Below, one piece after another: positions 25,862 to 38,239 of a stretch of 64,000 nucleotides of DNA. The position numbers were made by a program, and so were the translations under genes. The notes below the pieces were generated by a model. The model saw only the letters and a program-made list of their open reading frames with translations. It did not search any database and was not told the origin of the DNA. Origin of the DNA: Amphiscolops sp. MND2022. Its lineage: Eukaryota. The stretch spans positions 68,884,001 through 68,948,000 of the forward strand of contig OZ076409.1 in the NCBI GenBank assembly GCA_964187785.1. Direction: 5' to 3'. Every line of letters begins with the position of its first letter. Position 1 is the stretch's first letter.

Positions 25862-27153
25862 TGAAACAGTTCCGAATTAAATAATGAAATAAACAACTCG
25901 CAAAAAACAACAGCGGAGCCGTTTGTAAGTCAATCTTTTCTAGTAGCGTCTCAAATGAATTGTGTCCCTTTCAGGCAAAGCACAGGTATTTATACTCCTG
26001 AGTGGGTGACACTCACATTTTCCACATGTTTCTAGTTGAGATTAGTATTTTGAGGAATGTAATGTACAACGTTTTGAAAAGTATTTAAGTTATTAAAGAC
26101 CTCCAGTCACATACTTTACATATCATCGAATAGCATCAAAGCGCATATTTTAACAAAATAACAATTGGGAGAATTCCTAACATATACATGTATGTCATAA
26201 CTGTAACATCAAACACTCAACATTCTGGTCGGCAAACATATCGGTATTACAAGCAACATATTCATGGAAATATTATCATTTCATTGTCAACAAATATCAT
26301 CAAGTGTTGATGGAATGCGAAACACGCATCATTGGTCTGTCATACTGACATGTGCCGACATGCGGCTGCTAATCCGCACAGGGGGAGGCAAGATCAAACA
26401 ATACATGTTCAGTCATCGCACCATTGAAACAAAGCGTACTCTAGTAAAGCCGAAAATGGCCAAATCCAAGTTAATAGTATAGCATCAAAGGAAGAGGGGT
26501 AAAAGCCTTATTCGGTTTTTGATCAATACTTGGTTTATTAAACCCACAAAGATCAACACTGGTGTTATTTAGCACTGAGTACACGTCCAGAGGGATTCCT
26601 GATTAATTTAACTAGCCATAAGTACAAATAACTCAGCGTTGACATATTTCACCAAGACGGCCGGAACCGGCCGTTTGACCAAGGCATAAAGTGAAGTGCG
26701 TCTATTCAGTCAATTGGCCTTACTCGGCCATTAACATATCAGAGTATTGAATTTGTAAATTGGAGCGTTGTGATTGGTCAGGACAGCGAGCTCAAGTGAC
26801 GCTTTTGGATTAGCACTGTGCATCACTCGAACTCACTTCCTTTACCGCTTTACAGTTGCTTCTATTCACGTAGCTTTCAATCTGATAATTTACATTCTAA
26901 CTGCACTTCAACACATAGTAACCCGATCTGGATTTTTCCAAATCGTATAATTTTAACAGACTAATACGTATACAAATATAAATGAGAAAACTTAAAAACG
27001 TCAATAAATGCAACAAATTCAAAACAACAAAATAGTGTAAAAGTTTGTTTAATTGTTCTTTTGACTAATAAATGGGAAGCGTGCCGGAAGCTGTCTCCTG
27101 TCCCTGTGTAGTCGTCGTGATCCTGGTGCCATCGCAGGCGGCAGCCTGCGACA
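25276..27153 (-). repeat. Element A 5' LTR (1878 bp)
   Basis: TGTCGC...CATGACA on minus strand; followed by PBS; homology to the other LTR stops exactly at 27153. Confidence 0.85.
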
Positions 27154-27699
27154 TCGAGTTCTCTAAAAAGTGTGCTCTATAAAATCAATTCATATAATTC
27201 CAGTTTCCTAATTTAGATTTAGTAGAATGACATTCTGCCAAATGGAATGTTTTAAGCATCTGGAATTGTTTTAATTTAACAAGAAGAGCAAAATCACATT
27301 AATTCGTGAGAAAAATTTGATGGAAACCTGATAATTTTTCATAACAATGTGATAGTTTGATGAGTTTAGGGCTCCAAAATTGTTGAGACTTTAAAGGATG
27401 CTAAAAAGCCGTCTTATGAATTTTCTGAAAAATCTCACATCCTTGCTGAAAAACACGTTTTGGGTTTTGAATGGGTTTTTCTCAACTGAGTGTAACAAAA
27501 AAGCTAAGGGACAAGCCTTGGGTGAACTTTGAAAGATTTCTGACGAAATTGCACAGCTGGCTCAAAAGAATTGTTTTCAACTTTAGAGACTAAACAAGAA
27601 TTTTTAAAAGAGATTTTGAAAATTTCCAAAACAATGTCGCACAGTGACGGATAAAATCAAAATGGGACCCTTTAGACTTTTGTTGTTCAATGGATGATG

Positions 27700-28275
27700 A
27701 AACAAGCCGTGATCGGTATAAGTCGGCGCCCCACTGAAGGCTCGAAAATAGCGAAATGACCTCAAAGTATCAAGTATTCTATTCCACAGTACCTGAAAAC
27801 ACAAAGGGGGATCGAACTGGCGCGTTAAAAGGGGGACCTTTTGGAATCTATTAACATCCATTCTGTTGCAAAATATCAAAAACATTGAAGGGGGACCCTT
27901 TGAAGACGTTTAAAAATTTTCCGAAGAAAAGCCTCACAGTGACAAAAAAATGAAAGGGGCCACCCTTTGCAATAACTCAGAAGCATCTCCCTGGTATTAG
28001 TTTAGTTGAACAAACTGAAGCTATTTTGACTAGTTTGACTGCAATGAACAAGTTTGACTGTACTCGCTTAGGATGTTGACGAATCAGGAAATTCGTTATG
28101 GTCTCCAAAAAATGCTTGGATCAGTTCCCTGGGCCAAATGGTACAATTTGAATTTGTTGCCTTAAAAATTTGTAGAACTATTTCGGTCAGTTCGTGTGGA
28201 TCGAAAAAAAATCACTATTATAGTCACGTTTCAGCCTGAGTTTTTTCAACTGAGTTCATGACGCGCCGACATAAA
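27700..28275 (-). mobile_element. HINE-like element (diverged subfamily)
   Basis: AAACAAGCCG...AAGTCGGCGCC start, GGGGACCC units, GCGCCGACATAAA end. Confidence 0.6.
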
Positions 28276-28413
28276 TTGAGGAAAATATGAAAGAAGGACA
28301 CTTGAGCCTCTCTTCTATTATTTTAGTTCCCAGGCTACTTCACATCGGCCAATCTGTCCGTTTCATCACATTGGCGTCTCTTGAAAAAAGAAGCAACTCT
28401 AAAAGTATGGCGA

Positions 28414-29888
28414 ATTTTCGGATTCATTGCTTGCAAAGCTTCTGGATCTCCTGGGCAAATTGCTATTTAAACTGCCTTCTCTTTCTCTCGTGTTAAAATG
28501 GTTCTCGCCTAGCATGATATCTAAATTCTCGATGTCAGATAACATTTCAAGTCCCCTTGACTTTCTTGCCTTCTTCTGTTTTCTAGTGGTTGGCATTGAA
28601 ACAGTTCCGAATTAAATAATGAATTAAACAACTCGCAAAAAACAACAGCGGAGCCGTTTGTAAGTCAATCTTTTCTAGTAGCGTCTCAAATGAATTGTGT
28701 CCCTTTCAGGCAAAGCACAGGTATTTATACTCCTGAGTGGGTGACACTCACATTTTCCACATGTTTCTAGTTGAGATTAGTATTTTGAGGAATGTAATGT
28801 ACAACGTTTTGAAAAGTATTTAAGTTATTAAATACCTCCAGTTACATATTTTACATATCATCGAATAGCATCAAAGCGCATATTTTAACAAAATAACAAT
28901 TGGGAGAATTCCTAACATATACATGTATGTCATAACTGTAACATCAAACACTCAACATTCTGGTCGGCAAACATATCGGTATTACAAGCAACATATTCAT
29001 GGAAATATTATCATTTCATTGTCAACAAATATCATCAAGTGTTGATGGAATGCGAAACACGCATCATTGGTCTGTCATACTGACATGTGCCGACATGCGG
29101 CTGCTAATCCGCACAGGGGGAGGCAAGATCAAACAATACATGTTCAGTCATCGCACCATTGAAACAAAGCGTACTCTAGTAAAGCCGAAAATGGCCAAAT
29201 CCAAGTTAATAGTATAGCATCAAAGGAAGAGGGGTAAAAGCCTTATTCGGCTTTTGATCAATACTTGGTTTATTAAACCCACAAAGATCAACACTGGTGT
29301 TATTTAGCACTGAGTACACGTCCAGAGGGATTCCTGATTAATTTAACTAGCCATAAGTACAAATAACTCAGCGTTGACATATTTCACCAAGACGGCCGGA
29401 ACCGGCCGTTTGACCAAGGCATAAAGTGAAGTGCGTCTATTCAGTCAATTGGCCTTACTCGGCCATTAACATATCAGAGTATTGAATTTGTAAATTGGAG
29501 CGTTGTGATTAGTCAGGACAGCGAGCTCAAGTGACGCTTTTGGATTAGCACTGTGCATCACTCGAACTCACTTCCTTTACCGCTTTACAGTTGCTTCTAT
29601 TCACGTAGCTTTCAATCTGATAATTTACATTCTAACTGCACTTCAACACATAGTAACCCGATCTGGATTTTTCCAAATCGTATAATTTTAACAGACTAAT
29701 ACGTATACGTATATAAATGAGAAAACTTAAAAACGTCAATAAATGCAACAAATTCAAAACAACAAAATAGTGTAAAAGTTTGTTTAATTGTTCTTTTGAC
29801 TAATAAATGGGAAGCGTGCCGGAAGCTGTCTCCTGTCCCTGTGTAGTCGTCGTGATCCTGGTGCCATCGCAGGCGGCAGCCTGCGACA
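28414..29888 (-). repeat. Partial third copy of element A LTR (within the tandem duplication)
   Basis: Matches 25679-27153 at offset 2735; includes the gag start MPTTRKQ (28399-28596). Confidence 0.9.
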
Positions 29889-30437
29889 TCGAGTTCTCTA
29901 AAAAGTGTGCTCTATAAAATCAATTCATATAATTCCAGTTTCCTAATTTAGATTTAGTAGAATGACATTCTGCCAAATGGAATGTTTTAAGCATCTGGAA
30001 TTGTTTTAATTTAGCAAGAAGAGCAAAATCACATTAATTCGTGAGAAAAATTTGATGGAAACCTGATAGTTTTTCATAACAATGTGATAGTTTGATGAGT
30101 TTAGGGCTCCAAAATTGTTGAGACTTTAAAGGATGCTAAAAAGCCGTCTTATGAATTTTCTGAAAAATCTCACATCCTTGCTGAAAAACACGTTTTGGGT
30201 GGTTTTGAATGGGTTTTTCTCAACTGAGTGTAACAAAAAAGCTAAGGGACAAGCCTTGGGTGAACTTTGAAAGATTTCTGACGAAATTGCACAGCTGGCT
30301 CAAAAGAATTGTTTTCAACTTTAGAGACTAAACAAGAATTTTTTAAAGAGATTTTGAAAATTTCCAAAACAATGTCGCACAGTGACGGATAAAATCAAAA
30401 TGGGACCCTTTAGACTTTTGTTGTTCAATGGATGATG

Positions 30438-31012
30438 AAACAAGCCGTGATCGGTATAAGTCGGCGCCCCACTGAAGGCTCGAAAATAGCGAAATGACCT
30501 CAAAGTATCAAGTATTCTCTTCCACAGTACCTGAAAACACAAAGGGGGATCGAACTGGCGCGTTAAAAGGGGGACCTTTTGGAATCTATTAACATCCATT
30601 CTGTTGCAAAATATCAAAAACATTGAAGGGGGACCCTTTGAAGACGTTTAAAAATTTTCCGAAGAAAAGCCTCACAGTGACAAAAAAATGAAAGGGGCCA
30701 CCCTTTGCAATAACTCAGAAGCATCTCCCTGGTATTAGTTTAGTTGAACAAACTGAAGCTATTTTGACTAGTTTGACTGCAATGAACAAGTTTGACTGTA
30801 CTCGCTTAGGATGTTGACGAATCAGGAAATTCGTTATGGTCTCCAAAAAATGCTTGGATCAGTTCCCTGGGCCAAATGGTACAATTTGAATTTGTTGCCT
30901 TAAAAATTTGTAGAACTATTTCGGTCAGTTCGTGTGGATCGAAAAAAATCACTATTATAGTCACGTTTCAGCCTGAGTTTTTTCAACTGAGTTCATGACG
31001 CGCCGACATAAA
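30438..31012 (-). mobile_element. HINE-like element, duplicate of 27700-28275
   Basis: Near-identical sequence inside the tandem duplication. Confidence 0.6.
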
Positions 31013-31331
31013 TTGAGGAAAATATGAAAGAAGGACACTTGAGCCTCTCTTCTATTATTTTAGTTCCCAGGCTACTTCACATCGGCCAATCTGTCCGTTT
31101 CATCACATTGGCGTCTCTTGAAAAAAGAAGCAACTCTAAAAGTATGGCGAATTTAGTCAACTGAAAACGCTGATAAAAAACGGGTCCAAGTGATCTTGCT
31201 TTGCGTTCCAGTGTTGTTTTTGGGCAAGCCAAGGTTTTTCTTTAATATTTAAATTCAGTCTTCTTAGAGGGGAATTTTTTGCAAGTCTAACCTGGTGCTC
31301 GGAGCGTTTTTAGTAAAATTGTATAATCTGA

Positions 31332-31397
31332 AGAGATGTCCTTAGCTAAAATGTCCCTAGGCTCAGATGTCCCTTAGCTTAGATGTCCCTAGGGCTA
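31332..31397. repeat. Short tandem repeat, ~17-bp unit AGATGTCCCT(T)AG(G)CT, 4 copies
   Basis: Directly visible. Confidence 0.7.
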
Positions 31398-33157
31398 GAA
31401 ACGCCTCTTTTCCGAAGTGAAGTGATAACTAAAAACCCGAACTCACAAACCTCCTTTAGGAAAGACGAAAGTGTGTTTAAAATTTGGACCATTCAATCAA
31501 TGCGAGATCTGTGGTCTGACAAAAAAGCACGAGAACTTGTGATTGTAAAAAGTAAGGAGTTTTTGTTGAAAATGCTCTGTTTAAATTAGACATTCGAAAT
31601 ATATAGTGCTTAAAACCACAATTTTAACATAACCACGGAATTATCAAAGTTTTGATAACTATTCTCAATTTTCTGTCGCGATAACCGCCCCTGCTTGCTT
31701 GAAGCAATTTTTTTATTGGTTCATTTCTTGCTAACCTCGGTTTCAGTTCTAGTTTCCGACAACCTCAGAAATAAAGTTTCAACAGATACCAAATCGGCTG
31801 CGATCTTCAGACAACAGTTGCATTTGCATAGTTACACCACATGTTGGACAATCGATCGTGAGTTCCAACCTCTCATTATATCAGGTTTTGATTGCAGTGT
31901 ATAATAGTTGCTTTCCGTCGTTTTCAAAATGTCGTAGCTCCTAGACGATCAAATGTTTCCAACAAAAATTATACGCCGAACAATTCAAGTCGTTGAAATT
32001 TGTCTCCACTGGCGAACGAATGTGCTTGTAGGTAACAGGTGTTATAGTGTACAGGGTTTGAATGGAACATATTGGACTCGATCACAGTCCAATAACAACC
32101 TTTGACTAGTTCTATGATTTTACAAAGTAGTCCGATGTTTTTTGAAATATAAAAAATCTCTAAGCAGCTTGCCGGATTATGCCTTTACCGTTTTGGTGTA
32201 TATTAGGAGTTTCACAAAACTTTTCACGTAGAACGCTCTGAAATGAAAAAATAACTTGAAATATTCAAACTTTTCTACGACGTTTTTTGTTTTGTTTTTC
32301 TTTTAATATGCTCGAGTGAGGTGTCTGTGTCAATTCCACCGTTATACGGATAGTTGTCTGAAAATACTTTGGCACTTTGAGATCTTGTCAAATTTTTAAG
32401 TTTTGTTTGCTTCGATAAAACTGGCTCGTTTTGTTCTCCGATGGATTTTTCTCTAACAATCATCCGTGAATATTGACAGTTATCAGTCAAAAATGCTCTA
32501 ATGGCGAGAATGTGTACTGTATACCAATACTCAGTATCTCAACAGATACTCGAAACAGACAATGCAACCACCATTTTTCTACTGAGACGAGAATTGTCAT
32601 GTCGGAAATCAATATTGGATGTTTATAATGACATGAGCTCATCGGACGTTGCCTCAGATTTTCGATCAGCTGATTCTCCGAACAACGACCTCAGTTGTCG
32701 AACTTTTTCAAGAATCTCAGCACCAAATCATTATCCATATTTTTGGTGAAATATGATAAATTTCTGGAATGTTAATGTTAAATTGGAAGTTCAATTCAGC
32801 TATCTATTCGATGTACAACTGTCATCTTTTTAAAATGTCTCTAAAAAGTTGTTGACATTCTCCTAACCGATCTAACTATTCCCACAATATTTTTTTTAAC
32901 CTAATAACTAATATTAAAATATATAAATATATAAATTATCTTGCCGTGGGTCCTATAACGTGCGAATTTTTAGGTCTCACTGGCAGATCACCACCAAATC
33001 TCGAAGGGGTTCTTAAGGGGTACCATATGAATCTATTCAGTGAGTCATATGGTTCCAAGCGATTTATGGAATCATAAGATTCCAGGTACTTCCATCCATG
33101 AAATCATAATAGCTCCATGTGATTCCAAGAAAAGAAATGGCATAGAATTGTCGCATG

Positions 33158-33538
33158 CGGTTCCCCCTTTCAATTTTTTTTTCGGCACTGTGCGACATTT
33201 TTTTCCCTATTTTTTGCCCTCAAAGGGTCCCACCTTCAAGTTTTTGATATTTTGCAGCAAACTAAAGTGCCAAAAAGCCCAAAGGGTCTCCCCTTTTATG
33301 TATTTCGACACTATGAGACTGTTCAAAATTCTCATTTTTCGTTTTTTTTTCGAAAATTAAAAAAATCGAAACTTTTTAAAAGATTTTCGACATTTTTTTG
33401 TATCCAACGTGTCCCCCCTTCAATTTATTTGATATTTTGCCGAAGGCTCCTCACTTTTACAGGTTTTAAAACTTTGCGCTTTTTGACCCTTTAGCGCCTT
33501 TAAGATATAGCGCCGACTTTAGACGTTCCCGTCTTGTT
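33158..33538 (+). mobile_element. HINE-like element, partial copy
   Basis: AAAGGGTCCCCC-type units and terminus GCGCCGACTTTAGACGTTCCCGTCTTGTT, the reverse complement of the 3579 terminus. Confidence 0.65.
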
Positions 33539-34133
33539 AGGCTTCACTTCAGTGGTTCCAAAGCTTATTCAAGTGATTTTCAGATTATATTTTAGGTAGT
33601 TTTAGATGTTGTTCCAGTGATTTGCAAATATTGTTAGTGATTTTTAGATGTTATTTATGTGGTTTTAGATGCTTTTTGTATGATTTTTAGATGTTTTTCC
33701 AATAGTTTTAGATCTTATTCTAATGCTCTTTAAAAATTGTTTCAGTGGTTCTGGATCCTTTTCTAGTTGTTATCTTAATCCAGTATGTTTAAAGATTTGA
33801 GTTGAAATTAGAATATGTTTGATTCCACCGTTCATGTTTTGTAATTTTTCTCACGCTGTTTCCTCCTCGCTATCGCACAGTTCCTTGTCAGGTTTTTTAT
33901 GCCATCTTGGGCTTCAGAAAAAATTTAGGCTTGGAAACAAGCCTATCCTGTTAAGTTCGTAACATCGCAACATGCGTACCATTCTAAGATCTTTGCAACA
34001 TCTTAGCCAAGATTATTCTGAGATATTTGCAAGATATCCCTGGAGTCGAAATGTCCTCGGGTTTTGTTTGTTTTGTAGAGAAATACCGGCTCTTGAAGTG
34101 GATAGCAAATTTACCGGCACAATTTTGAATAAG

Positions 34134-35136
34134 ATGTCAAAAATTAGTATGCAAAAGCGACGCCAGGTTATTAACCCGTACAAAAAAATGGAATATTTGC
34201 CGAATTTCCAAAGAATTATCAATAATTTCAACAACAGTTTTCAGCATCATCAAGAAGTACGAAACTTTTGGGAACGTGGAAGATAGGAAAAGACCGGGTA
34301 GAAACGGAAAAAACGAAAAAATGTCGTCTGGACAGCGAAAATAGACCCATTCGTCAACTCTACAGAAATGAAAAAAGAGCTCACTTTCAAAATTTCCGCG
34401 TCTTATATCCCACGAATCTTAGTCCGCGTCTTTTATCCGACAAATCTCAGTCAGCAATGGTCTGAAAGCAAAAATATGTCCGAAGAATCCTCTTATATCT
34501 GATGTAAACCGGCAAAAAAGATTGACTTGGTGTAGGGAAAAAATGAGAGGTTTTCCGCGGAAAAACGTATATTTTTCGGATGAAACAATGATTGAATTGC
34601 GACCGACAATAAGAATTTTTGTACGACGCCCTTAAAACGAGCGATTCAATCACAAATACGTCCCGAAACGTCGTCTAATTCCATCAAAAATGCCAGTGTT
34701 TTGGGGGTGCATTCGATCGATCAGAGAAAAAATTATCATTATCTTTCCAATAAAATACAAAGTGGATGCCAGCTTTAGTATTCAAATTCTGAAAGATCAA
34801 ACCCTAAACTTCTTGTATTTGCATAAAATTTTTCAATGAGACAACGCTCCAGCCCACAGTGCCGAAAACACGCGAATTTTTTTCGAGGAAAGTGCCTTCG
34901 TCTGTCTAGAATATTGGCCTTCACGGTCACCAGATCTGAATTTCATTGAAAATTTGTAATCAGTTCTGAAGAAGGCAGTCTACCGGAGAAATCCCCGAAA
35001 TCTTGATAAACTCTTGTCTTTTTCTGAAGAAGAATTCGCAAAAATACCAAAAGATTATGTGCAAAAAATTTATGACTCAATTCCCAGCCCACTTACTCTC
35101 GTATTACAAAACAATGGATATGCCACAAATTATTGA
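34134..35136 (+). pseudogene. Tc1/IS630-superfamily transposase remnant
   Basis: Motifs FSDET, FWGCI, FQ*DNAPAHS, WPSRSPDLNFIENL*, C-terminal NGYATNY*; multiple stops and frameshifts; TIRs not recognised. Confidence 0.85.
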
Positions 35137-36443
35137 AATGTAAGCAATGGTTTTTATGTTTTAAACTTTTCATCTATCTCGTTTCTGTTTTGAGTAATTG
35201 CATTTTCAAAAATTCAAAGTCTTCTCACTATGTTGCTTTTAATAATATCATTACTGTATTAGGAATCGTCTATTAATTTAGTAATCGTACTATTAATGAA
35301 GTTTAATTTTCAAGAGGAAAAGGTTCGGACCTTGTTTACCCGGACTTTTTGATAACTTTCTGAGAAAAAGCAAAAATTCACCCCTGGAACAGGCTTAACT
35401 TGAAATAGTTCAGCTTCGAAAATATACCATTGCTCAATAAGAGTCTCGATGATTTGATTGAATGAAATTTTTTTGACTCAATTGTGGTGTCAAAATGAAA
35501 CTTGTTCTTAAGAACTTCATTTTAATAATTAAATAATTGAATAACTCAAATGATTTCTTTTCATGAATGCTGTTAATTTCAATCAATACGACGAAATCTC
35601 TGACGACGATATTTCTGACGACAAAATTTCCACCTCCCCTCAAAAACTACCCGGGTTGACACGCCTAGATCTTGAGATATTCTAGTTTGAGATCTGCAAA
35701 CTAGATTCGTTATGTTGCTTTTAATAATATCACTACTGTAGATTAGAAAATTCGACGTTTGATAGACGTAATTATTGACGACGAATTTTCTGACAACCAA
35801 ATTTCTGGTAATCGTTTTTGAGGTTTTTATGTTGGCTAAAACTTAAAAATTTTGCTCATGGAAACTAGTAGTGATTACTTTTGCTTGGCTTCTTTTGCAA
35901 GCTCTCAAAGCTACTGCAGATTTTACAGTATCACTGCAAATTCCTAACTGGCTTGAAGTTGAACAAAATATCATCTTTGATTAAACGAAAGAAATCAATT
36001 AATTAGAGTGGCAGATTGTTTATTAATTATTGAAAATGACTTCAAGCTATAAACTATAGTTCGGAGTATCTTTTTTGCACCGATATGATGATCGGAGGGA
36101 TAACATTAGCCAATCGATATGATTTGATCGAAAATTCGTTTTGAAAAACTTGATCGTTTTTTGAAAAAGAATATAGAAATGTCTCGATGAACTAGACTTC
36201 AGAAGACTTTCAGGAAATAGTTTTCTCTTCGAAGTTGGAATTTAAACATTGACGGTTGAATGCTTTCCGTTGTTTTTACTTCAATTTAATCATATGAGTT
36301 CATAATTTCCCCCATTTTTATTACATTTTCCGCCATTTGGAGCTTCACCTGGAACCTAAGTGAACGAATTTCCAAAACGTTGATTGGCTGATGCAACTCT
36401 AGCACAATTTTGTGGCATTTCACAACAACTGATTAGTTCCAGT

Positions 36444-37562
36444 TTAACACCATCTGAAAACTCGGGGGAATTGTTGTTTCAAAGTTTTGCGAAAGACAGG
36501 TCCTGCGATGTAATAAAAAACGAAGTTTATGGAATTATTCAGCACTTGCATGAGCTGTGCAAGAGATAGGGCTAACTCTTTTTCCTTCCGTCTGTTCTGG
36601 GGGCGCTGATGAACGTATGCATAGGAGCTCAGGATAACTGCAGTGGCTGTTACCGTTAAGTAAAAGAAGCTCACGAATTTCAACATAGTAATGAGTTGCG
36701 TTTCGTTTTTCGTCATCGTTCGTTTGACGTCACGATCACTACTCTGATCGCTCATTGGAGACGACCTTCTGCTGTTCAGGGTCGAGTTGATATGCGAGCA
36801 AAGCAAGCTGTCGTTAGTCGTGTCGGATCCGAGTGGGTGACTTTTTTGGAATGTAAGTTTGATGTCTGCCCGTTTGATTGTTCGTTTGTGAAACTTATGA
36901 CGTTCTTTGATGAAGACTAAGTTTGAGGTTCCGACAAGAATGAAAGGTCCAACTGCAAAAACGAAATAACTCACAAAGAAGTAGTAGACTATAAAAATGG
37001 GCTCCCGCGATAAAACACCCATAGTGCATGTAGATTTCTCAACTGTAAAAAGGATCAAGTTGGGAATAACAACTATATAACTGAATATTGTGCAGCAAAT
37101 TGAATAGTTGCGGGCTGTTTTGTTTGTGCTTTTCCTGCGATACCAAATTGGGAATTTGACGCATAGGGCTCTGTCAACAGCTAACACTGATAAGTGCATG
37201 CTAGCGTTAATAGTGCTTGCCCATGAATGATATTCAGATATTTTACACACAATTGTGTTGAGACTTCGTAAATCAACTCCGAAAGCGTTGAAACCCATGA
37301 CAAAAATTCCATCGTGCATCAAAGATACGGTGTCCCAGACAGCCAAAAGACTCATGAGTCTAGTACTCGTTGATTGATCTGGCATGAAACGAGCGGTGTG
37401 AAAAACGAAATAGTTCAACATTACTGCAATAAGGGCCAAAAGGAAACCCAAGGCATCGGAAATAACACATAAATGGATTTTCTGCAAAACATATTCAGGG
37501 AAAAAAGTTTCATCGGGTATGGGATTTGACGAATTGACGATGTTTGTAACTGAGAAACCCAT
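36444..37562 (-). CDS. Rhodopsin-like (class A) GPCR, peptide-receptor-like, single coding exon, 372 aa
   Basis: Seven hydrophobic segments; TM2 LAVWD, TM3 Cys (VCKI) and LAVDRA (DRY variant), ICL2 FPIWYR, ECL2 Cys, TM7 NNSINFVFY plus helix 8 FRK. First ATG at 37562. Confidence 0.9.
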   Translation of the reverse strand: MGFSVTNIVNSSNPIPDETFFPEYVLQKIHLCVISDALGFLLALIAVMLNYFVFHTARFMPDQSTSTRLMSLLAVWDTVSLMHDGIFVMGFNAFGVDLRSLNTIVCKISEYHSWASTINASMHLSVLAVDRALCVKFPIWYRRKSTNKTARNYSICCTIFSYIVVIPNLILFTVEKSTCTMGVLSREPIFIVYYFFVSYFVFAVGPFILVGTSNLVFIKERHKFHKRTIKRADIKLTFQKSHPLGSDTTNDSLLCSHINSTLNSRRSSPMSDQSSDRDVKRTMTKNETQLITMLKFVSFFYLTVTATAVILSSYAYVHQRPQNRRKEKELALSLAQLMQVLNNSINFVFYYIAGPVFRKTLKQQFPRVFRWC

Positions 37563-38239
37563 CAATCAAATTGCGACTGGATTTGGTAAGTTTGACTGGT
37601 AATCTACTTCCAACAAAAAAGTTGTATAAAAGATGATCAAGGTATGAAAAAAAGAAGATAAATCAAAATGGATTGAACGTAAAGTCTTCAACCAGAGAAT
37701 GATAACGAAAAACAGGGAAATTATTTCAGAACAACGCCTAGAAAGTAAAGCTTTCTGATTGGTCAATATTTTTGACCAGAAATGGAAAATGCAAATTCAA
37801 GGAAGAGAATGTCTAGGCTCTGTTTTTTAAGGCAGTAAAATATGAGAAAATTCCTGCCAGGCGGCGAATAAACATCGCCTTGAACAGACTTTTGAATGCC
37901 ACCGGTCAGTGATAATTAATAAATAAACACTTAGCCCATTTCATAACTAATTCAAGAATTCGAGACAAAGAGTTAAGGAATATCATCCTGATGAGCAAAC
38001 AATATCAAAGGGGTTAATAGAAGCAATCAATTTTGTAATAAATGACTCATCATATTTGATAAATCGGTGTGATTTAAAGTTGTATCTTGAATTTCCCAGG
38101 GGTTAAAATTCCCTAGTTGAGAAAACAATGCATCTTGTAGGATTCTAGCGAAAATTCTGTTACTTGAAAGATCTATTAAATAAAGGTATTATTTGCAAGA
38201 ATCGTACAAGGAATGCATTATGTGCTCTGATCAGGCAAT

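Larger units (their letters stand above)
10645..27153 (-). mobile_element. Ty3/gypsy LTR retrotransposon, element A (degenerate), with extra PBS+gag fragment beyond its 3' LTR
   Basis: LTRs 25276-27153 and 10941-12804, PBS, gag with zinc knuckles, pol domains in gypsy order PR-RT-RH-IN, many frameshifts and stops. Confidence 0.92.
25679..31154. repeat. Tandem duplication of ~2735 bp (25679-28413 and 28414-31150)
   Basis: Near-identical units each containing part of the 5' LTR plus ~1.26 kb of flank; 4-bp ATTT microhomology at the junction. Confidence 0.92.
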
